From a virus (lineage: Duplodnaviria > Caudoviricetes), in the IMG/VR virus record IMGVR_UViG_3300025930_000003, positions 1-55,630 of that record: a stretch of DNA of 55,630 bases; one strand, written 5' to 3'. A program made the position numbers and the translations under genes. Within the stretch, counting starts at the first letter, position 1. Each line of letters starts with the position of its first letter. This document shows, one piece after another, positions 48,230 through 55,630 of this stretch. The notes under the pieces were generated by a model. That model had not been told where the DNA came from and searched no databases. It saw only the letters and a list, made by a program, of their open reading frames with translations.

Positions 48230-49122
48230 TAACTCAATTTCGTCCAATGTTAGCATACGGTCTTTGTGAGGAAGATTTAAAAAGCTTGAAGTTCCCATTG
48301 ATTCTACAACCTAAGCTTGATGGCGTGCGCTGTTGTATTGTAGAAGGTAAAGCACTATCAAGAAAGCTAAAAAGAATTCCTAATAGATATATTAGAACTA
48401 AACTGGAAGCCTTTAAAAATAAACCACCAGTTTTAATAGATGGTGAGTTGGTTATTCAAGGTAAAACATTTAACGAAATACAATCAGCCATAATGAGTGA
48501 GGATGGAGAACCTAACTTTAGATATATAATCTTTGATGCACTTAATGAATGGAGTAATGAATCTTATATACATAGAAAGCAATTTCTAGATTATAGTCTA
48601 GAATACACAAACAACCTATTCTTTGTTAGTGATGTAACTTTAGATCAGTATGAAAAGCTAGATGAGTGGGAACAATATATTCTAAAAGATGGACATGAAG
48701 GTATCATTTTAAGAGATCCTTTCTCACCATATAAGTTCGGTCGTTCCACTCTAAGAGAACAATCACTTCTAAAATTCAAACGCTTTAACGATTCTGAAGC
48801 GGTAATCATTAGCTCTAATGAACTAATGACAAACTCTAACATACTAGAAACTGACGAACTAGGATATGCTAAACGATCTAGTGCCGCAGCTAACTTAATA
48901 AGAACTTGTCAGCTTGGTAGCTGGACTGTGAAAGACATTAACATTAATTCCAGATTCTATAATGTAGAGTTTAACGTAGGAAGTGGATTTACTTTAGAGC
49001 AAAGAATAAAGTTCTGGAATACAAAACAAGATGGGAAAATAATAACCTATAAGTATCAGGCACATGGAAGTAAAGATAAACCTAGGAGTCCAATTTGGTT
49101 AGGGTTTAGAAAGGATATATGA
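48226..49122 (+). CDS. ATP-dependent DNA ligase
   Basis: PMLA, KLDGVR, DGEL, FD, EGIILR, LLK-x-K, VGSGF. Confidence 0.92.
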   Translation: MITQFRPMLAYGLCEEDLKSLKFPLILQPKLDGVRCCIVEGKALSRKLKRIPNRYIRTKLEAFKNKPPVLIDGELVIQGKTFNEIQSAIMSEDGEPNFRYIIFDALNEWSNESYIHRKQFLDYSLEYTNNLFFVSDVTLDQYEKLDEWEQYILKDGHEGIILRDPFSPYKFGRSTLREQSLLKFKRFNDSEAVIISSNELMTNSNILETDELGYAKRSSAAANLIRTCQLGSWTVKDININSRFYNVEFNVGSGFTLEQRIKFWNTKQDGKIITYKYQAHGSKDKPRSPIWLGFRKDI

Positions 49123-49343
49123 GTGAACTAACAACATGCAATTATTGTAATTTAAGGTGGATAAAAGATAGAGCGAAAAAAGAGAAAAAGAAAGTAACAA
49201 AGCTTCCAACTTCTCAAGGACTTGGTGGATTTGAGATCTTTGTTCATCCAAAAGAGATAGATATAAAGAAACTTTCCAAGAAAGAAAGAACTAAATACTT
49301 CAGCTCTTGGATGTGGGAAATAACAGATCATTGTGTTTGCTAA
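49119..49343 (+). CDS. Small Cys-rich protein
   Basis: CNYC and terminal HCVC. Confidence 0.6.
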   Translation: MSELTTCNYCNLRWIKDRAKKEKKKVTKLPTSQGLGGFEIFVHPKEIDIKKLSKKERTKYFSSWMWEITDHCVC

Positions 49344-49350
49344 AAATAAT

Positions 49351-50202
49351 ATGATATACGGAAAAGAGAACTACAAGATGAACAATAACAATGCAGAGTT
49401 GCAGAAAAAGCTTCTAAGAGCAGAAGAACTTCTTAGAAATACAGGAAATGATTCCTATATAAGAGAACTTAAAGAGCAACTTGGTAAGTCGAATACAGAA
49501 CAGTGGCTTAGCAAGTTTGTCACAAAGTCCAATTCGATGACGAAATTGAAGGAGCAAGTTAGAAAGCTAACTCCAATAGATGATCCAGTATTAATATTTG
49601 GTGAAACAGGAACAGGAAAAGAACTATTAGCTCATGCACTTCAAGGAGATAGAAAAGGAGCTTTCGTAGCAATTAATTGTGCTGGATTACCTGCACAGCT
49701 AATGGAAAGTGAACTATTTGGTCATGAGAAAGGATCTTTTACTGGAGCGGTAACTGAAAAGATTGGTCTAATGGAGGAAGCACAAAATGGAACTATATTT
49801 CTAGATGAAATAGGTGATCTTGCAATAGAGATGCAAGCGAAACTTCTAAGAGCAATTCAGGAGAAATCCATTAGAAGAGTTGGAGCGAAAGAAGAAATCG
49901 CCATTAATTGTAGAATTGTTTCTGCAACACATAGAAATCTAGAGGAATGGGTAGAAAAAGATAAGTTTAGAGAGGACTTATTCTACCGCATTAGCACTTT
50001 TGTCTTGAAGCCTACACCGCTTAGGACTAGGTCAGCAGATTTACCTCTAATACTCGCCTATCTTGATAGAGATGAATGCGAGATAGAAGATTATAATGAG
50101 TTCGCAAAGAAGATTGATATAGAAAAACTAAAAGGTAATGTTCGTTCGCTTCAGCAAATCTATCGTAGATTTGTAGTTCTTGGACTTGAACCACATGAAT
50201 AA
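49351..50202 (+). CDS. Sigma54-dependent activator (bEBP AAA+ core) lacking sensor and HTH domains
   Basis: [56 protein letters not shown]; ends about 17 aa later; start uncertain (49351 or 49378). Confidence 0.93.
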   Translation: MIYGKENYKMNNNNAELQKKLLRAEELLRNTGNDSYIRELKEQLGKSNTEQWLSKFVTKSNSMTKLKEQVRKLTPIDDPVLIFGETGTGKELLAHALQGDRKGAFVAINCAGLPAQLMESELFGHEKGSFTGAVTEKIGLMEEAQNGTIFLDEIGDLAIEMQAKLLRAIQEKSIRRVGAKEEIAINCRIVSATHRNLEEWVEKDKFREDLFYRISTFVLKPTPLRTRSADLPLILAYLDRDECEIEDYNEFAKKIDIEKLKGNVRSLQQIYRRFVVLGLEPHE

Positions 50203-50205
50203 AAT

Positions 50206-50418
50206 ATGATAAGACTAACAATAGAAATAAATTCAAATCCAGGTATAATTCCTGGATATATTAACTGTAAGAAAGAATCAAGGAAAGCTACAATAATAGA
50301 AGAGGATCTTGAATCTAGAATAAAAGATCTTTGTGAAGCTTTTCTAGCTAGATTTGGTGATCCTCTTGAAAAGGCAAAGAATATGGGACTAATAAAGGAA
50401 ACTAAACAAATCAAATGA
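50206..50418 (+). CDS. Hypothetical protein
   Basis: Packed ORF. Confidence 0.55.
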   Translation: MIRLTIEINSNPGIIPGYINCKKESRKATIIEEDLESRIKDLCEAFLARFGDPLEKAKNMGLIKETKQIK

Positions 50419-50609
50419 ATGCACTATTGCTAGGCCCCTATACAACTGGAGACGAAGCATGTTTTGCTTACCATATCTTTATGAACAAGTGTCATAAAGC
50501 TAACTTAGTAATTCCATCAGAACTTAATTTGACAGAAGAGAAGAAGAAAGAGATAGAAGGAAATATAGATAAGCTAATAGAGAAAGAGAAAAGAACGAAA
50601 TGGAACTGA
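50415..50609 (+). CDS. Hypothetical protein
   Basis: ATGA-coupled ORF. Confidence 0.55.
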   Translation: MNALLLGPYTTGDEACFAYHIFMNKCHKANLVIPSELNLTEEKKKEIEGNIDKLIEKEKRTKWN

Positions 50610-50776
50610 TATGACTGACGAAAGATACCACGATATAATGAACAACGATCTAGAGCTAACTCAAGAAGAATTTAATGAAGGATGGCATTTCTGTTTTGAG
50701 TGGGATGGACTACTTCGTAATAACAAGGAAGAAGATTTCAAATGCACCTGTTTAGAGGATAAAAGTTAAAATAGAA

Positions 50777-50792
50777 TGGCATACTTCTTGCT
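50777..50792 (+). promoter_or_regulatory. Sigma54 promoter for the recombination/replication operon
   Basis: TGGCATACTTCTTGCT, intergenic. Confidence 0.85.
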
Positions 50793-50848
50793 TAGTTCCC
50801 ATGTCAATTTGCATTTTTTCTCTTTTAGTATAGTAAAATTATATTCTT

Positions 50849-51526
50849 ATGGATCCGTCACAAACACCAGACAATGAAGATAAATTAGCAGGAGCTACAA
50901 AAGAGCAGCTTTTAGAAATGGTGAAGGGATTCAAAGAGATGATGACTGTCCCTTCTGTAAGAGATAGAATTTCTGGCGGCAATAAGATAGAAAGAAAGAT
51001 AGATAAAGGAGGATATTTCAACGAAAAAGAAGCTAAAGGAATGATTCCTATTCTAGATGGAATCGCAGAAGATAAACAAACTAGAGAATTTCGATATGAC
51101 GATTATCCTTTCTGGGCACCTAACACAATATGGGCCAAGATAAATCAGTCTATTAAATATCTAGTAGAAGTTCTAGATGTAGAAGGTAAATACAATGATA
51201 TAAGACATTGTATAAGAATCTCCAAAGGAGACACAGGTGTTTTACTTCAGTGGGTTAATAACCCAATTCTTCAACAAGGTGGATGGATTGTTCATAAGAC
51301 AGCAGATACTCCTACTGTAGTTATAGAGAACTACAAGACCAGAGTATTGAAGTTTATGGAAGAATCTAATCCAGAAGATATGCTAGATATAAAGGAAAAT
51401 CTAAATCTAACACCAGACGAGATACAATATTTCAAAGGTCTATTTGAGGCTTCACCAGTTTTCATGGCTTACGTATCAACCAACAGGATAAAAATAGTCC
51501 ACACGAAAGAAAAATCAGATGAATAA
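50849..51526 (+). CDS. Hypothetical protein
   Basis: 225-aa ORF directly after the promoter. Confidence 0.75.
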   Translation: MDPSQTPDNEDKLAGATKEQLLEMVKGFKEMMTVPSVRDRISGGNKIERKIDKGGYFNEKEAKGMIPILDGIAEDKQTREFRYDDYPFWAPNTIWAKINQSIKYLVEVLDVEGKYNDIRHCIRISKGDTGVLLQWVNNPILQQGGWIVHKTADTPTVVIENYKTRVLKFMEESNPEDMLDIKENLNLTPDEIQYFKGLFEASPVFMAYVSTNRIKIVHTKEKSDE

Positions 51527-51809
51527 AACACAAACATTAAAGTATTGGCGCATAGCTGACGACAAAAAATCCCTAATTCTGTTACCAAGCAAAGTAGGTC
51601 TGGAGATAATTAAGACCGCATTAGACAAACAAGCCTTTACTGAGACAGTAGAAACTATAGGTAAGTCAAGTCTAATCGCTCTGAAAGTTGAGTTCACTTC
51701 TGAGTGGAAGTATGTAGAGTATAAGGTAGGTATCTCAAACTTAGTAAGTCTCTATATCTTCTTCCACGATGAGTCCAAGTTCTACCTAACATTCGCTTAT
51801 GAAGTTTGA
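51519..51809 (+). CDS. Hypothetical protein
   Basis: Overlapping ORF. Confidence 0.6.
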   Translation: MNKTQTLKYWRIADDKKSLILLPSKVGLEIIKTALDKQAFTETVETIGKSSLIALKVEFTSEWKYVEYKVGISNLVSLYIFFHDESKFYLTFAYEV

Positions 51810-51988
51810 TTATGTTAATAATGAAATGCGATAATTGTCATCTGGAATTTGAACCTAAAGCTACTTTTGATATAAAAGTAGAATCCAGAAGTAAAGAATT
51901 TCCAGATAGAACTGTATTTTGTCTAGAATTGTGCGAAGAGTGTGCTAATAAAGTAATTCTAGATTTGAAAAATTACTGTTCAATATGA
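51806..51988 (+). CDS. Small zinc-finger protein
   Basis: CDNC and CEEC pairs. Confidence 0.6.
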   Translation: MIMLIMKCDNCHLEFEPKATFDIKVESRSKEFPDRTVFCLELCEECANKVILDLKNYCSI

Positions 51989-52218
51989 CTCTAGAACAGT
52001 TACTAAATAATACACCAGAAAATCTAGAGAAGCTGGGAGATAAGGAACTGAATGAAATACTTCTTCCTTATTTCCCAACTACTAGACCTGAGGCAGCTAA
52101 AATAAAAGAGGCTTCTAGAATTGTTGGACACAAATCAAAGCAGGCTGATCTTGAGTTTAACATAAAGTTCAAGAAAGCTCAAGTACTAGCGAAATCATTT
52201 GGAATTGATCTGAAATGA
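51985..52218 (+). CDS. Hypothetical protein
   Basis: ATGA-coupled ORF. Confidence 0.65.
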   Translation: MTLEQLLNNTPENLEKLGDKELNEILLPYFPTTRPEAAKIKEASRIVGHKSKQADLEFNIKFKKAQVLAKSFGIDLK

Positions 52219-52390
52219 ATAATCTAGAAGAAGCACATAAAGATTTCGTAGGGTATATTGAAGATATAATAGCTAAAAGAGAGCTAACAAAAGAAGAGAA
52301 GGCAGCTATTAAAATAAAACTTCAATACTGGCATAAGATAGAAAACCTTTCCTACAAAGAACAGACTTTCGCAGAAAAGTTCTTTCATCT

Positions 52391-53350
52391 ATGAATAAAA
52401 CACTAGTAGTTCTAGATAGTTCCGCATTCAGCAATTCTGCTTGTATGCTAAATTTGTTTAGAACAGTTGTCCAAGGTTACACAAGCAAGCTGCAAAATAA
52501 TGATGTGGAATTCGGAACTGCATTTCATAAGTTTAGGAAAATCTTTAGAGATAAGGGTGAAAATGGATTAGCCGAAGGCATCAAAGAAGCTAAAGATTAC
52601 TTCGTTAATACTCCGATGATTATAAAGTCCAATAAGACCTACCTAACATCTACTTTTCTAATGCGAGTCTGTCTAGAGTATGCGGAGAAATATAATAAGA
52701 GTCTTTTCAACGTGATTAGAATAGAAAAAGCTATAGGAGAATATGAGGCACTCCTAGAACTAAGGTTCGCTTTCCCATATTATGTAGACGATGAAATGGA
52801 AATCTTAATGGCAGGAACGATAGATGAACTAGGAAAGCACAATAATGGAATAGTATGTATCTGTGATGCGAAAACTACTAGCATGTGGAAAATAAGAGAC
52901 TATTTCAATTCCTATGAACTTAAATGTCAGCTAAGATTTTATAAGTGGGCTTTGCTTAAATATGCTACTATGTATCCAAATAGCTTCATAGCTGATCTAT
53001 GCAAGAATGAAATAGGTTGCTTTATTGATGGTATCTTCTACAAAGGAGCAGAAGGAGATATAGAATACAAGTGGTCTGATGTTATGCTCTTTCAAGATGA
53101 TCCTGGTATGGTTCTGATGGACACTTTGATCTACTCTAAAGTAAGTAGACTAATAACTGCAATCAAAAATTGGAGAAGGGAGAGAATGACTCCTCTCCGC
53201 GAAGGAATATTAATCAATGCCTGTGAGAATCCATTTGGCCCCTGTAGATATTCTAAAGTATGTTCAGCAGTAGATAATACAACTAGAGATGTTATGCTAG
53301 AATACAATTTCATACAGCGTCCATACAATCCGATGAATCATGGTGAGTAG
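52391..53350 (+). CDS. PD-(D/E)XK exonuclease (Cas4/RecB-like)
   Basis: FGTAFH, E-x-x-F, GTID, DAKT, QL-x-x-Y, C-terminal Cys cluster. Confidence 0.85.
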   Translation: MNKTLVVLDSSAFSNSACMLNLFRTVVQGYTSKLQNNDVEFGTAFHKFRKIFRDKGENGLAEGIKEAKDYFVNTPMIIKSNKTYLTSTFLMRVCLEYAEKYNKSLFNVIRIEKAIGEYEALLELRFAFPYYVDDEMEILMAGTIDELGKHNNGIVCICDAKTTSMWKIRDYFNSYELKCQLRFYKWALLKYATMYPNSFIADLCKNEIGCFIDGIFYKGAEGDIEYKWSDVMLFQDDPGMVLMDTLIYSKVSRLITAIKNWRRERMTPLREGILINACENPFGPCRYSKVCSAVDNTTRDVMLEYNFIQRPYNPMNHGE

Positions 53351-53355
53351 ATATT

Positions 53356-54135
53356 ATGCACATACCAACAGTAGCACAAAACTTAAAGACTCAGAAGTTT
53401 CCACAAATTCGTCTTGGACTACAAGGTGCTCCTTGCACTGGTAAAACTACATCCGCATTAACATTTCCTAACATAACAGTAATAGACTGTGACAATGGCC
53501 TTACTAGATTCTCTGGCTGTGATGTAGCTTATGTTCCAATCTATGATGCTGAATGGGTAGAGAAATATGGTTATCCACCTAAGAAAACAGGGGCACAGCC
53601 TAATAGAAGGGATGCGGTATTGAAATTTCTTAGAGAAGAGGCACTAAAAATGACAAGTGAACAGACACTTTTTCTCGATAGCTGGACTTCGCTTCAGACA
53701 TTCTTTGATCAACAGCAAGAACTAGAGCCTAAGTTGACTAAAGAGGGAAAGATAGACGATTTCGATTTTTGGGCTAAGAAGATAGAATATAGTGAGAAGT
53801 TGATGGTCTATCTATGTTCACTCAAATGTCATGTAGTTGTATCTTTCCATGAAATGTCCATTAGAGATCCTAAATCAGGTCAGCTTCTAGAAAAACTTGC
53901 TCCTTTAATGCAGGGTAAGTTTCTTGCACAGATTAAGAAGTGGTTTACAGATTTCTTTAGGATGGTTGTAGAGGAAGAGCAAGATAAGACAGGAAAAGTA
54001 GTCAAATCTAATTACTATTGGCAAGTCTGTTCTGATAACCAGTTCGACAGCAAAACAAGACTATCTTTTCCTGAGGGAACATTTAAAGTGAAGCCAGATT
54101 TTAGTGTGTTTAGTCAGTATGAAAGGAAAGTATGA
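53356..54135 (+). CDS. Sak4-like (AAA_24) ATPase/recombinase
   Basis: G-x-P-x-TGKTT, ID-x-D-x-G, LDS-x-T, HE, K-x-R; next to the exonuclease. Confidence 0.8.
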   Translation: MHIPTVAQNLKTQKFPQIRLGLQGAPCTGKTTSALTFPNITVIDCDNGLTRFSGCDVAYVPIYDAEWVEKYGYPPKKTGAQPNRRDAVLKFLREEALKMTSEQTLFLDSWTSLQTFFDQQQELEPKLTKEGKIDDFDFWAKKIEYSEKLMVYLCSLKCHVVVSFHEMSIRDPKSGQLLEKLAPLMQGKFLAQIKKWFTDFFRMVVEEEQDKTGKVVKSNYYWQVCSDNQFDSKTRLSFPEGTFKVKPDFSVFSQYERKV

Positions 54136-54401
54136 TAACTAGAAAGCCAGATTATAAAGTATCTGCTTTGAATAAAAGAACAGAATGTAAGGGGCCAATT
54201 GGAGCAGCTTGGATAAATGAAGATAAGACTATTTCTGTGATTCTGGATGAATTTATTTCTCTAGCACAAGATGGTCATTTACTTATTACTTTGTTTCCTG
54301 CCGAATTCAAATCTAAAAGAAAGAAAAACTCATACAATAGTTATACAGAAAACCCGCCAGTTGAAGAACCAGTAGAAGAAATACATGACAGACCATTCTA
54401 A
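54132..54401 (+). CDS. Small protein with IGAAW motif (SSB-like)
   Basis: IGAAW-x-N, acidic tail ending PF. Confidence 0.6.
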   Translation: MITRKPDYKVSALNKRTECKGPIGAAWINEDKTISVILDEFISLAQDGHLLITLFPAEFKSKRKKNSYNSYTENPPVEEPVEEIHDRPF

Positions 54402-54404
54402 AAT

Positions 54405-54539
54405 ATGAAACTAGAAATAGAAGTAGATGAGATTGCTGTAGTTTGTATAATTATTACAGCTATAGTAACTATAATTTTCGCAGCTTCTTGCGAGAAAGAA
54501 AAAATAAAACATCCAGAGTATTGGAACCAATCAAGATGA
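54405..54539 (+). CDS. Small putative lipoprotein (44 aa, not in ORF track)
   Basis: Hydrophobic stretch ending FAASC; ATGA overlap with next gene. Confidence 0.5.
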   Translation: MKLEIEVDEIAVVCIIITAIVTIIFAASCEKEKIKHPEYWNQSR

Positions 54540-54913
54540 ACAACATACTATCATTCTACATCGCTGGTCTATCTTTTAGGCCAGAAAAAGATCAAGAAGT
54601 AATCAAAACTGGGCTAGCATTGCTTTTAGAAGCGGAACCAGATAATCCTTATGACAACAATGCTATTAAGTTGGTTACTTTTGACGATCCAAGAATCCAT
54701 GTAGGATATGTTCCTAAGAAGCAGACGAAAGAACTCCATCCATATAGAATAGCTGAGATACCAGTTTTCACTGTGGTAGCAAATCATATTCCTGAGATGC
54801 CATCACACAAGAGAGTTCTAGTTACAGTTAAGTCAGAGCAAGAACTACCAAGATTTATTCCTGAAGAGAAGGAATTCAAAAATTTCCTCTGTCAAAAAGC
54901 GATAGAGGAATAA
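54536..54913 (+). CDS. HIRAN-domain protein
   Basis: AG-x-x-FR, EPDNPYDNNAI, VGYVP. Confidence 0.85.
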   Translation: MNNILSFYIAGLSFRPEKDQEVIKTGLALLLEAEPDNPYDNNAIKLVTFDDPRIHVGYVPKKQTKELHPYRIAEIPVFTVVANHIPEMPSHKRVLVTVKSEQELPRFIPEEKEFKNFLCQKAIEE

Positions 54914-54947
54914 CAAAACAAAAACAACAAAACAAAAACAAAAACAT

Positions 54948-55511
54948 ATGGCATTACTAAAACAATCGAAGGAAGCAGTGCTTGCAGTGCCCCCGGCCTT
55001 CAAAGATCGTTGTGTAGTTCGTTGCACAGATCACAAGTTTGGGCCAAATAGCAATGATGCTCCAATGATTACGTGCAATTGGGAACTCTGTGGTATTCCT
55101 AATGCAACAGGTGGAGTAGAAACCAAGATGGAAAGGGCTGGAAAACTCTATCAGCTTGCTGGTTTGAGAATCAAGCCTATTTACTTCACTCTAACCCAGA
55201 AGGCAATTGATAGCTTCTTTGCTGAGTTCTGGTGCAAAGCAAATAAGGAAAAAGAGTTCCTTGGTATCGACACAGAGAATCCAGATTGTGACTTTCTGGA
55301 TTCTCTCTGTATGGAAGCAATCGTAAGTGGCTTTACTCAAGAAGAAAGAAAGCAACTTACAGATGAAGAGAAAGAAGCACTCAAGGCTGAAGGAAAACAA
55401 CCCATTGGTGAACCAATTACAGATGGTGATGGTGAACCCATTGTCAAGACTGTATTGAACGTAACCATGTGGCTTAAGAAGTTTGAAGGTGAAGTCCCTA
55501 CGCCTTTCTAA
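54948..55511 (+). CDS. Putative single-stranded DNA-binding protein
   Basis: OB-like strands, acidic tail ending PF, in the Sak4/exonuclease module. Confidence 0.55.
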   Translation: MALLKQSKEAVLAVPPAFKDRCVVRCTDHKFGPNSNDAPMITCNWELCGIPNATGGVETKMERAGKLYQLAGLRIKPIYFTLTQKAIDSFFAEFWCKANKEKEFLGIDTENPDCDFLDSLCMEAIVSGFTQEERKQLTDEEKEALKAEGKQPIGEPITDGDGEPIVKTVLNVTMWLKKFEGEVPTPF

Positions 55512-55531
55512 GTAGTTTATGGACGGTATGT

Positions 55532-55630
55532 GCCTCATAAGCCATAGATTTTATGAAACAGAGCTTATCACTCTATAACTATCTGAACAATAGGACATTT
55601 AATCGGGTAGCTGATAACTACTTCCGTCCA
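55532..55630. repeat. Terminal copy of bases 1-99
   Basis: Exact match. Confidence 0.95.

Noticed and set aside
1-55630. Stop-codon reassignment or diversity-generating retroelement
   Set aside because: Genes tile densely in the standard code; no reverse transcriptase or template/variable repeat pair seen

Overview
Apparently complete circular genome (about 55.5 kb; bases 1-99 recur at 55532-55630) of an AT-rich, podovirus-like tailed phage with two gene arms diverging from a control region at about 37000-37400. The minus-strand arm (37003 to 7040) holds terminase, portal, scaffold, major capsid, tail and adaptor genes, a holin/lipoprotein pair and a 2449-aa virion/ejection protein. The plus-strand arm (37552 across the junction to 7043) holds small early genes, an SF2 helicase, HNH nuclease, DNA ligase, recombination genes, a PolA split into two genes, MazG, a DUF3987-like ATPase and ThyX. 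Main candidate new system: the phage encodes a stripped-down sigma54 activator (AAA+ core with GSFTGA loop, no sensor domain, no HTH), and six correctly spaced sigma54 -24/-12 motifs head its operons in both directions, with IHF-like palindromes and an inverted repeat between the divergent pair. Other signals: 16 co-oriented YCGCACAA motifs in the early region, motif-delimited cassettes in the giant virion protein, a Tat-signal mini-protein resembling capsid segments, secretion signals on virion-region proteins, and GTAC avoidance with CTAG/CCGC excess. The host is unknown; a PVC-group (Verrucomicrobiota-like) host is only an inference. Everything was read by eye without database searches.
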